DNA of 64,000 nt from a virus. Its lineage: Duplodnaviria; Caudoviricetes. Position 1 is the stretch's first letter, and every line of letters starts with the position of its first letter. The stretch lies in the IMG/VR virus record IMGVR_UViG_3300007177_000042, one strand, 5' to 3'. The notes under the pieces were generated by a model. The model did not search any database. It had not been told where the DNA came from and was given only the letters and a program-made list of their open reading frames with translations. Shown piece after piece: positions 1-8,895 of this stretch. The translations under genes were made by a program, and so were the position numbers.

Positions 1-138
1 ATGTCGTTCTTTTGTTTGTTGTTCACGATTTGCAGCGATAATAGGTCGCATCATAGCTTCGACTGCCTCGTCTTGAGTCAATAATTTGACGCCACACCGC
101 GAATCTATTTCTTTATTTAAGTCCTCTGTGGTTTTCAT
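1..138 (-). CDS. hypothetical protein, runs off the window edge (MKTTEDLNKEIDSRCGVK...)
   Basis: ATG at 138, open frame to position 1, overlaps the end of the upstream gene. Confidence 0.55.
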   Translation of the reverse strand, partial: MKTTEDLNKEIDSRCGVKLLTQDEAVEAMMRPIIAANREQQTKERH

Positions 139-622
139 ATGTTTGTTGTCTTCTTCGTATGTCTGATATACAATCCACTATCCATTGGTATTGGTGTAGT
201 TCTACAATTTTAGGATTTTTTATGTCACCGTAGTAATAATAGTGTGTCAAAGGCAAATGACTTTTTTGAAGATTGTCTTTAATGTTTTGATTTTGATCGA
301 TTTTATTTTCAATAGCACCTTTTATTTTTCGAACAAATTCTTCATCGGATCTTTCTGATTTAACATGTTGTTGCCCAAACTTTTTTGCATCAAATCCGTA
401 TAAAACTTTCAACTTTTCATGCCCACAGTTCAACCAATACCAATATCCCTCTATGCTATTGAATTTTCCGTCTTCACATGTGAATGGAGAATACGCAAAA
501 TTGCTTAGTTGTTTACCCAATTCCAACCTACTTTTGCTGTAAACATTTACATGATCCGTTCCTTCATTGATGGGCAAAAATTTCATATTACTTACTATAC
601 TTAACAACTCTATGTCCGTCAA
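113..622 (-). CDS. T4 gp30.3-like / NADAR-related protein
   Basis: NVYSKS..LGKQLSNFAYSPF..DGKFNSIEGYWYWL resembles the NADAR-like phage family. Confidence 0.55.
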   Translation of the reverse strand: MTDIELLSIVSNMKFLPINEGTDHVNVYSKSRLELGKQLSNFAYSPFTCEDGKFNSIEGYWYWLNCGHEKLKVLYGFDAKKFGQQHVKSERSDEEFVRKIKGAIENKIDQNQNIKDNLQKSHLPLTHYYYYGDIKNPKIVELHQYQWIVDCISDIRRRQQTYENHRGLK

Positions 623-1127
623 ATTCTTTTAGTGTTTCTCGCTTCGTAAATAAACGTTCAAACACCGGCATATAGGTGTCAGCATCATAACTGCCTTTGA
701 CGTGAGTTACATAAAACTCAGTGATATATGGTAGAAACAATTCATATGTTTTGGCGCCTCCTGCGATAATTGGATCGTCTATGGACCATCGAGATTCATA
801 TCCGGTTATTATATCTACCATAGTGCCACCATGTATTACTTCTTGATAATAACAAATACGCCTACCAATTGTTCCATGTGAATTTACATGATAACTATAG
901 TCTCCAACAGGATCGTCTTCTGGGGTTTTTGCTTTGGGACGGCTAATAAAATAGATGTTGCGTCCTTTCAACTGTGGTAGTGTTTGAAACGTGGAATTTC
1001 CTACCACAAGGTTTTTACCCATGGTAAATTCTTTGAACCACTTGAAATCCTCTTTAATACTTGGCCATGGAAGTCCTCCATTTTTTCCCATGGCTCTGTT
1101 TTCAGACATTGCGGCTATAGCTTTCAT
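588..1127 (-). CDS. folA: dihydrofolate reductase
   Basis: AIAAMSENRAMGKNGGLPW, DFKWFKEFT, IAGGAKTY, ADTYMP motifs. Confidence 0.92.
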   Translation of the reverse strand: MKAIAAMSENRAMGKNGGLPWPSIKEDFKWFKEFTMGKNLVVGNSTFQTLPQLKGRNIYFISRPKAKTPEDDPVGDYSYHVNSHGTIGRRICYYQEVIHGGTMVDIITGYESRWSIDDPIIAGGAKTYELFLPYITEFYVTHVKGSYDADTYMPVFERLFTKRETLKEFDGHRVVKYSK

Positions 1128-1134
1128 TTTTAGG

Positions 1135-1527
1135 TTATCCTATGCTTTTATTGTAGCTCTCAATCCAACTGATAATGTTTAGTTTACCAACTGGATTCAT
1201 ACTGTGAACGACATAAGGTGGGTGTTTAATACCACGTTCGATACAGTATCGTACCATCCATTTTGCGCACTCATAACCAGTCTTTTCTTTGAAACTATTG
1301 TAGTCTATTTTGCCATATGATTTGTTCAAATGTGGTAAACTCTTGTAATGACTATCCGCTAAATCATGGTCGTAACAAATAAACTCTGGTGCATAACCTA
1401 CGTTTTCGATATATTGTACAAAGTCATTATAGCTGCGAACAATCGTCCATGGTTTGTTAGGAATTTGCTCCCAAACAACGTCATGTGGATTTCTCATGTC
1501 ATCCAAAAAAATGTAATACGGTTTCAT
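1135..1527 (-). CDS. cyclic-phosphate processing receiver-domain protein
   Basis: IFLDDMR, VRSYNDF, YDHDL, KTGYECAKW, VHSMNPVG pattern. Confidence 0.8.
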   Translation of the reverse strand: MKPYYIFLDDMRNPHDVVWEQIPNKPWTIVRSYNDFVQYIENVGYAPEFICYDHDLADSHYKSLPHLNKSYGKIDYNSFKEKTGYECAKWMVRYCIERGIKHPPYVVHSMNPVGKLNIISWIESYNKSIG

Positions 1528-1570
1528 ACGTCATATTATACATACAAAACCGTTATTCGTCAACATAGAT

Positions 1571-2032
1571 TTACTTGACAAAATGAATCTGAAAAATCCC
1601 CTCCTCTTTAGAGGGTGTTACGTAGTTGGACAACATCCGGTCAATCACATCAACCGGAACGTTTCTGCCTCCCGCTGCCCCACGCTTTTGATTTCGGTCG
1701 ATCAACGTTTCACGATCCACAATAAACACATAGGCAGTAAGCATTGCTCCATGTTTCTTTGCAAAGTCAACCCAAGGTTTACGTGCCTTACGATGCATGT
1801 TGGTTGCATCGATACAAACATCTTTGCCTTCCGCAAGGAGTCGATCCACTTCGTTCTCCATATGACGAAATACCTGAGCACTAACACTTTGATCGTTTTC
1901 GTTTTTACCAAAAACCGCACGAAGTGCATCACTACTCAAGAAGGTCATATAGGGGTGAGTGGTCTTGTATTTTTCAACCCAAGTTGATTTTCCGCTGCCA
2001 GGTGCCCCCACCGTAATTACAATGTTATTCAT
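1571..2032 (-). CDS. polynucleotide 5'-kinase (AAA_33, kinase domain only)
   Basis: GAPGSGKST P-loop, SSDALR, IDATN, R...W; adjacent to an RNA ligase. Confidence 0.85.
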   Translation of the reverse strand: MNNIVITVGAPGSGKSTWVEKYKTTHPYMTFLSSDALRAVFGKNENDQSVSAQVFRHMENEVDRLLAEGKDVCIDATNMHRKARKPWVDFAKKHGAMLTAYVFIVDRETLIDRNQKRGAAGGRNVPVDVIDRMLSNYVTPSKEEGIFQIHFVK

Positions 2033-2216
2033 CTTTCAGTTTTCTTTCTAAGTACAGTGTATATTTTTGAATATTGCCATCATATAATACATTGTCTGTA
2101 CGTGAAACGCTTATAACACGATATCCACGTTTGGCATATTCATTCATAACCTCTTCCAAATGTTGGACGGAAGATACACTAGCAATGTATATTGTATATT
2201 GATAGTTTTTACCCAT
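2025..2216 (-). CDS. DUF4177-like small protein
   Basis: LEEVMNEYAKRGYRVISV...LYLERK. Confidence 0.5.
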   Translation of the reverse strand: MGKNYQYTIYIASVSSVQHLEEVMNEYAKRGYRVISVSRTDNVLYDGNIQKYTLYLERKLKDE

Positions 2217-3222
2217 ATTTCAACTCAAATGGTTCGCTGATAATCTTTCCTGACAATCTTCCTTTGAGGATCGTACTATCCATCTCTACAGTAGGACGAA
2301 TAACAATACCTTCAGCAAGGTTTCCATTGTCATATTTCAAGTTGTTAGCAAAATCTTGCAATTCGGTCAAAGTCTTGTTGAAATTTTCACCAATGTCGAT
2401 AATATCAACAACGGGAATGTGATTGTAGAAACAAAATTCCTGCAATTCCTTCCATCCAAGATACTTGCCTGCGTCAATATCAAACAAATTGAATGCCTTG
2501 AATTGAACTTCAGAAACTCCTAGGAGATTGTTTTGAATTCCGGGGCCATAAACTTCGCCCTGAATGGCCAAGTTACGTCCTGATGCTTTCAACTTGCCTT
2601 GCAGACCATACTTCTCAGCAACTCTCCAAAAACTGTTTTTTGGATCGGGTTTCAAATGTAGTTTTCGACTGCAAACACCAAACTCTTCATCCTTCATGAA
2701 GTATGTACTGCTTGAACCATCCACTTTAACAGTAATGTAATATGGTTGACCACGAAGTTCGTCCAAAATCTCCGGATTGTTTTTGATATTATCTTCGTCA
2801 GTCTTTTTCAAAAACCCAGGCATGTAACCATACACGTCACCGGCCAACTGTGCGGGCAGAGGTTTCTCGTAGTGACTTGCGTAAACATATGAACTCACGT
2901 CGCTTCCAACAATTTCCGGTTCACTGAATACAACAGTATCATGTCCTAGAGTCTTGAACAGACTCATAGGAAACGCAATACCCTGACTCAACTGTCCACG
3001 AAGTTTGACCGTCTGAATACGAAACCCTTTGTTACGAAGAAACTCATATGCGGGCTTGTCTTCAAAAATGCTATCAACACAGACATAAATGCACAAATCA
3101 TTTGCCTTAAATTCACCCTTTTTGATGCATACTTGCCACCCCTTGATGGTTGCAAGTTCAAGCGAATCCGCATTGGGATGAGGTCTAACATCCAAAATTT
3201 TTTCAATAGTTGCTACTTTCAT
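2209..3222 (-). CDS. RNA ligase, Rnl2/DRB0094 family
   Basis: N-terminal OB-like HPNADSLE, KVDGSS (motif I), GEVYG, FNLFD, EGIVIR. Confidence 0.9.
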   Translation of the reverse strand: MKVATIEKILDVRPHPNADSLELATIKGWQVCIKKGEFKANDLCIYVCVDSIFEDKPAYEFLRNKGFRIQTVKLRGQLSQGIAFPMSLFKTLGHDTVVFSEPEIVGSDVSSYVYASHYEKPLPAQLAGDVYGYMPGFLKKTDEDNIKNNPEILDELRGQPYYITVKVDGSSSTYFMKDEEFGVCSRKLHLKPDPKNSFWRVAEKYGLQGKLKASGRNLAIQGEVYGPGIQNNLLGVSEVQFKAFNLFDIDAGKYLGWKELQEFCFYNHIPVVDIIDIGENFNKTLTELQDFANNLKYDNGNLAEGIVIRPTVEMDSTILKGRLSGKIISEPFELKYG

Positions 3223-3228
3223 GTTGTT

Positions 3229-3257
3229 TTTATATCATAGATTATCCGATTAGTCAA
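3229..3257 (-). promoter_or_regulatory. sigma70-like promoter TTGACT-17-TATAAA, 6 nt before the ligase ATG
   Basis: read from sequence. Confidence 0.75.
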
Positions 3258-3290
3258 CAAAAAAACCGGAACAATTTCTTGTTCCGGTTT
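3258..3290 (-). terminator. intrinsic terminator after rIIB
   Basis: AAACCGGAACAA/TTGTTCCGGTTT stem plus T-run. Confidence 0.8.
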
Positions 3291-3304
3291 AACACTAATA
3301 TGGA

Positions 3305-4315
3305 TTAACTTCGGTCAATAACACCCTTGTCGTAACCCTCATGGTAACCATTTTCGTATGCCAAAGTCAGGTCACTTACGTTGGCAATAATATCAAAATC
3401 CGAATTTTCGGTCGGAAGCCGAAGGGTGTCGTCATAACCATCGTAGTGTAGTGCCGACTCATATCCCTGATCGTATCCATATGAATATGCATCATCCACG
3501 GTCAAACTATCATCATCGTCGTAAGACTCGTCGTCGTCTTCGTCGTCGTAATCAGAATCATCGTGATACTGAGTAGAATAGTTGTCGTCGAGAACATGCT
3601 TGAACTCGTCAATTACCGTGTACCAAGTACAACGAAGCTTCTGACAATTGCAATCGTAAGGAACGCTCACAACGTCAGCTGGATCGACTTCCACAATCAT
3701 CAAGTGACGTTCTCCGCCACCAAACGACTGAGCATATTCAAGACTTCCAACGTGGTATCCATAACTACAACCACGATTGGCGTCATCATCGACTTGATTG
3801 CGCTCAAGTCGAGTGGGCGAATCACCAACCTTGTTGCGAATAGTACCCGTATGATGGTCGGTATAATCTGCTCGAACACTCTTGTATGCCAAGAAAGTAC
3901 CGTTGGGAGTGATAGGCATCTTTCGGTGTTCCAAAAACCTGTAAAGTTCCTCGACACTACGAGCCGAAGGGTTCAAGCGAACACGTTCCAAAAACTTCAC
4001 AAGAGGTTGGTACGGAAGATTATTCTTGGCAAACTCAAGAATTCGACTGACAACAAACCCATGAATAGGCTTACCGTCATAAAGAACCTCGTTGTCACTC
4101 ACGGTAATCTTACCGTGTGAGAACCGAACAATGGTTTCCTTGACCGACATCAACTTTTCTAGGGTTGCACCGTCACCACCACTGGTGATGACATTGATAG
4201 CCTCCTGCCAAGAGGGGTGGCTACTATTGATTGTGTGAATTCGAACGCCGCCCGGAGTGCCCCCGGTAAAAACTGCGGTCAATGAATCATTGGACAGACT
4301 GATGCTATAGTTCAT
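3305..4315 (-). CDS. rIIB: rIIB-like protein with acidic C-terminal tail
   Basis: PITPNGTFLAYKSVR..D.H, GYHVGSLEYA, VDPADVVSVPYDCNCQKLRC; downstream of rIIA. Confidence 0.85.
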   Translation of the reverse strand: MNYSISLSNDSLTAVFTGGTPGGVRIHTINSSHPSWQEAINVITSGGDGATLEKLMSVKETIVRFSHGKITVSDNEVLYDGKPIHGFVVSRILEFAKNNLPYQPLVKFLERVRLNPSARSVEELYRFLEHRKMPITPNGTFLAYKSVRADYTDHHTGTIRNKVGDSPTRLERNQVDDDANRGCSYGYHVGSLEYAQSFGGGERHLMIVEVDPADVVSVPYDCNCQKLRCTWYTVIDEFKHVLDDNYSTQYHDDSDYDDEDDDESYDDDDSLTVDDAYSYGYDQGYESALHYDGYDDTLRLPTENSDFDIIANVSDLTLAYENGYHEGYDKGVIDRS

Positions 4316-4350
4316 ATTTATATTAGTTGTTATTTTGTACGTATATCAGA

Positions 4351-6645
4351 TTACACTGCTTTGTTGTTCTTGTCAATGCTATTGATGTAATTGGCAAGAA
4401 CAGTCATCTCCGACATAAAATAATTGTGATTGTATCGCCAACCACGAACAAAGCCAATGTGGATAAACAATTCATAATTACTGATTGCTTCTTTATAATC
4501 ATCATCAAATTTCTTAGACAAATCATTAAATTTATGGATGGGTTCTTCCATATTCAAATTTCTACTGATATTCGAAATAATCGAATAATTTCCGTTTTGG
4601 TATTTTGAAACCGTATTCAAAAACTTTGCAATCTTCGTATTCTTGTTATTAAGAAGATTGTACAGTTCTTTAGCAGCCTTGGCTTCCAATCCATATTCAC
4701 AATGGCTCAGAAAGTTCTTGTATCCAAGATACTCGTAATATTCATTGGTTTTGAGCGTATTAACCACGTTAATAGCCTCCTCAACCAAATTTCTCCAATT
4801 GGCTTTATTGGCCTGAAAAGACTTGGATTCAATAACACGACGGTTGAATCCATACACAGGAGATCCGCTAACAGGAAACGAAACAAAAAAATGTTTGTTC
4901 AATTCTTCCAACGCTTCAGTAAGACTGCTCAGGGTATAAATTTTATCATTGTGATTGATTTCACCGTCGAACAAAGGAACATAACAACCATTTGTGGTGG
5001 TCAAATCAATTTCTGCTTCGGTTTCGAACTTATATCTACGATTTCTGGTACTTAGACTATCCACCTTGACACGGGTAAGTTCAGACTTGGGCTTACGAAC
5101 CCTCTTGTTTTCAGCCTTAACTTCCTCAAACACCTCGGAAAGACGAGGAATGTTTAGATTTCCAAGATTATAGTGATTGATAAACGATGTATAAAAAGCA
5201 TTGCTAGTAAACTTCAACATATAAACCGTAGATACGGTCTGATTATACTTCTCAATCAACTTTGACATACACTTGGTGGTGAGGGAGGTCTTGTCAATAT
5301 CATTGATAACCAACATGGTGTTTTTTCGAGCCACCACGTCCGACGACGAGTGCCAATGAGCCTGCTTAACTCGCCAACCAACTCCAGACCGAGTGCTGTG
5401 AGTATAAATGGTCAATACAGGATCGTTTGCAACTGGGGTCTTGCTGTTAATAAGATTTTTGTAAGTGTCATCGCTAATCAATCCGTTGATATTGCACCAA
5501 CGTTCTACATCACGAAACATGGAGTTAGTAATATCAACCCCTTGGTTACGAATAGTTCCAATACGGTTTTCGAAGCCATAAAACTTGGAACCATAAACTT
5601 CAAAAAATTCGTTATACCGGATTTTAGCATCCCAGATAGTCTTTTCTTTTTCAAACGTATCCAGAATAGTTTTCTTGATATGATCAATAACGTTATTGAT
5701 TCGTGAATAAATATTCTTGAGCGTATGTTCGCTGTATTGAAGACTTTCACGACTGGAACTGATTTCCAGATCGCCAATATTAAACTTGATCAACAGACTG
5801 TTATAGTTTCTTCCGAGAAACTGAGAAAGCAGGTTGTTGTTGGTCTGAACATTAGGATCATTTGATTTGGAGCTGTTTTCGTTAATAATTGAAAAACTAA
5901 TAGGATAGGTCACATTACCCATCAGTGCAAGCAACCTAGTGTTAGCCATGTTGTTATGGTCTTCAAAAATCTTCCAATCATTAGACTCAAGAACAGACTT
6001 GATATCATAACAAAAAGACTTGTCTTCATAACCAGCCACGCTAGGACGAACGTCCCAGTGAACATAAAATGCTCGGGCCTTGGTTGCAAACTGATTAAAA
6101 TCACAACTCTTCACAGGAACAGTGATTTCCACACCAGTTTTATCGGTGGGAGCCATATCCTCTTCATGGAGCTTGCTGATCTTACCCTTCTTGGATGGGT
6201 CGATAACGGCGTTATAGACGGTTTTCTTGCCGCCGTGGTAACTGGTGATTACGAAGTTATCCCCGTAAGCAAAAGCGCTCTTGGAACCAAATCCAAGCTG
6301 CCCAACGGTGTCGTTGTCGTTTCGCTTGGTGCTACAGCCGTACCAAGCATAAACATTCTTTACATCCTCTTCGCTCAAACCGTGTCCGTAGTCACGAACC
6401 TTGAACTCGGGAAACAACGTATTGGGAAGGCTGATTCGAATAGGAGTGTTCTTGATACCAGCAACAACGTGAGCGTCATATGCGTTGGTACTGTATTCAC
6501 GAATCACTGCTAGAATCTTGTCAGAGTACATCTGATTACGAAGTACACTGAAAATATGGGACAGATCTTCACTACGAATACCAAATTGGTAGCTAGTAAA
6601 CGGAGTGGATTCGGTGAGAATACGATTATTTTCGAGAGTTTTCAT
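4351..6645 (-). CDS. rIIA: rIIA-like protein (GHKL/HSP90-type ATPase N-terminus)
   Basis: IREYSTNAYDAH, VRDYGHGL, GQLGFGSKS, TGVEITVP, SSSRESLQY. Confidence 0.85.
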   Translation of the reverse strand: MKTLENNRILTESTPFTSYQFGIRSEDLSHIFSVLRNQMYSDKILAVIREYSTNAYDAHVVAGIKNTPIRISLPNTLFPEFKVRDYGHGLSEEDVKNVYAWYGCSTKRNDNDTVGQLGFGSKSAFAYGDNFVITSYHGGKKTVYNAVIDPSKKGKISKLHEEDMAPTDKTGVEITVPVKSCDFNQFATKARAFYVHWDVRPSVAGYEDKSFCYDIKSVLESNDWKIFEDHNNMANTRLLALMGNVTYPISFSIINENSSKSNDPNVQTNNNLLSQFLGRNYNSLLIKFNIGDLEISSSRESLQYSEHTLKNIYSRINNVIDHIKKTILDTFEKEKTIWDAKIRYNEFFEVYGSKFYGFENRIGTIRNQGVDITNSMFRDVERWCNINGLISDDTYKNLINSKTPVANDPVLTIYTHSTRSGVGWRVKQAHWHSSSDVVARKNTMLVINDIDKTSLTTKCMSKLIEKYNQTVSTVYMLKFTSNAFYTSFINHYNLGNLNIPRLSEVFEEVKAENKRVRKPKSELTRVKVDSLSTRNRRYKFETEAEIDLTTTNGCYVPLFDGEINHNDKIYTLSSLTEALEELNKHFFVSFPVSGSPVYGFNRRVIESKSFQANKANWRNLVEEAINVVNTLKTNEYYEYLGYKNFLSHCEYGLEAKAAKELYNLLNNKNTKIAKFLNTVSKYQNGNYSIISNISRNLNMEEPIHKFNDLSKKFDDDYKEAISNYELFIHIGFVRGWRYNHNYFMSEMTVLANYINSIDKNNKAV

Positions 6646-6669
6646 AGAGTAGATTTCGATTACCCAACC

Positions 6670-6697
6670 ATCTTATCAGGAGATTAGAGAAAGTCAA
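6670..6697 (-). promoter_or_regulatory. promoter TTGACT-16-TAAGAT for rIIA/rIIB; -35 contains the upstream TGA stop
   Basis: read from sequence. Confidence 0.7.
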
Positions 6698-6888
6698 GCC
6701 TTTGTTGAACGTTGTTCATAGTCTTTTTCTGCTTTTTGAATTACGACTTTGATAAAGTCTTCACAGATTCCCGATTGCTTTTTCTTGGCAATATCTTCTT
6801 TTATAGCATATTGTTTCCACTTTGGCAGTTTGTTGTATTCATTTTCATAAACGACAGCGTAAATTTTAGATAAGTCCATGATATACAA
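6694..6888 (-). CDS. hypothetical protein
   Basis: ORF track; fills the gap on the main strand. Confidence 0.6.
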   Translation of the reverse strand: MYIMDLSKIYAVVYENEYNKLPKWKQYAIKEDIAKKKQSGICEDFIKVVIQKAEKDYEQRSTKA

Positions 6889-6951
6889 CCATATACTGTC
6901 CGTGAACGAAAGTCAATAGTGATTTTTAGAATGAAAAAACGAGGATTTTCC

Positions 6952-6980
6952 TTGACGAAGGCACATATGTATGACATGAT
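6952..6980 (+). promoter_or_regulatory. promoter TTGACG-17-CATGAT (extended TG) for the inverted pth2 operon
   Basis: same architecture as the minus-strand promoters; ATG 7 nt downstream at 6988. Confidence 0.65.
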
Positions 6981-6987
6981 ACAACAT

Positions 6988-7041
6988 ATGATGGATATTT
7001 CTTAGATCAAACCAGAAACGTAGGTTGACGAAACCTATCGT
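6988..7041 (+). other. in-frame 5' extension of pth2 with two TAG codons (MMDIS*IKPET*VDETYR)
   Basis: ATG 6988, TAG 7003-7005 and 7021-7023, all in frame with TTG 7042. Confidence 0.7.
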
Positions 7042-7395
7042 TTGTATGCTCTTGTCAGAACAGACTTGGGCATGTCTACCGGCAAAATTGCTTCTCAAGC
7101 CGGACACGCATACCTTGGTGCGTTTCTTCAATGCAAGGATTCTACTTCAATAGCAGCTTACCATAGTGATTTTCCAGCTTCGCCTGGAACCAAGGTCTGT
7201 CTGCAAGTATCTAATTTAGACCAGCTTCTGCGTGCTGAACATTTGGCACAAGAAGCTGGTCTTTCTTTTTATCGTGTGGTTGACAGCGGTTGTAGCAATT
7301 TCTACAACGGAGAACCTACCATTACGGCTTTGGGAATTGGTCCCGCCACCAAATCTCAAATACAACACATAACCCGGCGGTTTAAACTAATGTAA
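7042..7395 (+). CDS. pth2: peptidyl-tRNA hydrolase, Pth2 family (start TTG 7042, or ATG 6988 by read-through)
   Basis: YALVRTDLGMSTGKIASQAGHA, KVCL, VVDSG, TALGIGP. Confidence 0.88.
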   Translation: MYALVRTDLGMSTGKIASQAGHAYLGAFLQCKDSTSIAAYHSDFPASPGTKVCLQVSNLDQLLRAEHLAQEAGLSFYRVVDSGCSNFYNGEPTITALGIGPATKSQIQHITRRFKLM

Positions 7396-7399
7396 ACAT

Positions 7400-7771
7400 A
7401 TGAACAAATTCACTAACAAACAAGAATACCTAGCTTACCGCACTCAGTGGAAGTCCGACTATAAACAGCTCAGTCAAAGGATCCGTGACTATAAATGGAT
7501 GCGAAAACACTATACCCGTGTTGCTGCTCCACTGTTGAATGATGCTACGTTGAATTATATCACAGCATCCAATAAAATCAATGAGGCATTGAATAACAAT
7601 GAACGTTATTCAAAGTTGTTCAAACACTATGACTTGAAACAACATTATCAAACGTTTTATCTTTACGGTTTGAAAACACTTGCAACACAAATGTTGTTGG
7701 AATTGAAAGAAGCTAAAATTGAGGCTCAACGTCAATATCTGGCAGAAAAACAATCTACAGTATGTGTATAA
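7400..7771 (+). CDS. basic helical hypothetical protein co-transcribed with pth2
   Basis: 4 nt after the pth2 stop; followed by a terminator. Confidence 0.75.
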   Translation: MNKFTNKQEYLAYRTQWKSDYKQLSQRIRDYKWMRKHYTRVAAPLLNDATLNYITASNKINEALNNNERYSKLFKHYDLKQHYQTFYLYGLKTLATQMLLELKEAKIEAQRQYLAEKQSTVCV

Positions 7772-7775
7772 AAAG

Positions 7776-7806
7776 AAACCCCACCAAAAGGTGGGGTTTT
7801 TGTTTT
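7776..7806. terminator. bidirectional intrinsic terminator
   Basis: AAACCCCACC-AAAA-GGTGGGGTTT with A-run and T-run flanks, between convergent genes. Confidence 0.85.
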
Positions 7807-8895
7807 TTACTTCTTCAAAACCTGAAACATCAGCTTTTTATACTCTTCTTTTCCAAGAGGTTTGTTGTCGAGCATCTTGAATAGAAACGACGCTCGGTTC
7901 GTTTCTCCATACGAAGCAATAACAACTTGTGCCTGTTCTTTACGTGTAGGCAACGAACGTAGTCTAGTGTTAATAAACAAATTCATTCCCCACACAATCT
8001 TGTCTACCTCTTTTTTGGCATCAACAATCTTGCTGATCATACCCTTGCACTGTTCGGCAAGTTCATAATCAAAAGTGTTAAAGATATAGTTGTAGAAAGT
8101 ACCATAGTCAGGCATACCCTGTTCCAACCATACGTCCATAACCTTTTCAATGTTTGATAGCTCAGACTTTAAATGATGAAGCGTAAGATACCAAAAACCT
8201 TTTCGCTTGTGGATACCAACTGGGCTATAGATAACCACACCCTCCTTACCCTTCCAAGTTTCAACATCCTTGATCAAATCGTCAATGCTAGGAAACGTAT
8301 AAGTAACAGGACGCTTGAATCCCTTGTTCTTAGCCCAGATATCCAACTCGGACTGTGAATACAAACTATAATCGTTGTGATTAACTAGTCCCACCACATA
8401 CCAATCGGGTTCATCACCATAGTTCAATACAATCTTGTTGATAGGACTAACCCATTCAAACAAAATCGATACATTCCAAGTATCAGGTGTATCGTGAGTC
8501 AAGCTCTTTAGGAACTTTTCCTTGAACAATTCCAACTCATGACCATTAGCCAGAGTTGAAGCATCAACAGTTCCACGGGTTCGTAGAATATATTGGCCCT
8601 TATACTTGCTAACAATCAATAGAGAACCATCAAGCTTCTCCACGACGGTGCAGTTCTTCAGTGACGACGGAACAGGAAAGTGTTCGGGATTCTCGCCCCA
8701 GTTGGTAAACTTAGGAAAGCCTGCACTAATAAGTTCACCCTCACTGTTCCACACGCTGGATCGAAGATGTTTGTTATCCTGAGTCCACTTGGTTCCAATG
8801 TGTTGTGGCTGAACCAAAGTTACAACCTCACCCGCAACCATGTGCTGATGTGCCATGAATTGGGTCAAATCCAACGTTTCTAGATTAATTTTCAT
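7807..8895 (-). CDS. RNA ligase, T4 Rnl1-like
   Basis: SAGFPKFTNWGE, EKLDGSL, TRGT, LFEWVSP.N.IV, EGVVI. Confidence 0.8.
   Translation of the reverse strand: MKINLETLDLTQFMAHQHMVAGEVVTLVQPQHIGTKWTQDNKHLRSSVWNSEGELISAGFPKFTNWGENPEHFPVPSSLKNCTVVEKLDGSLLIVSKYKGQYILRTRGTVDASTLANGHELELFKEKFLKSLTHDTPDTWNVSILFEWVSPINKIVLNYGDEPDWYVVGLVNHNDYSLYSQSELDIWAKNKGFKRPVTYTFPSIDDLIKDVETWKGKEGVVIYSPVGIHKRKGFWYLTLHHLKSELSNIEKVMDVWLEQGMPDYGTFYNYIFNTFDYELAEQCKGMISKIVDAKKEVDKIVWGMNLFINTRLRSLPTRKEQAQVVIASYGETNRASFLFKMLDNKPLGKEEYKKLMFQVLKK

Noticed and set aside
3310-3570. Acidic D/E tract and GY..GY repeats in rIIB
   Set aside because: Low-complexity tails are common on rIIB-like proteins; no independent element
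6913-7131. 72-aa minus-strand ORF overlapping the pth2 start
   Set aside because: Antisense to pth2 and its promoter, with no supporting features
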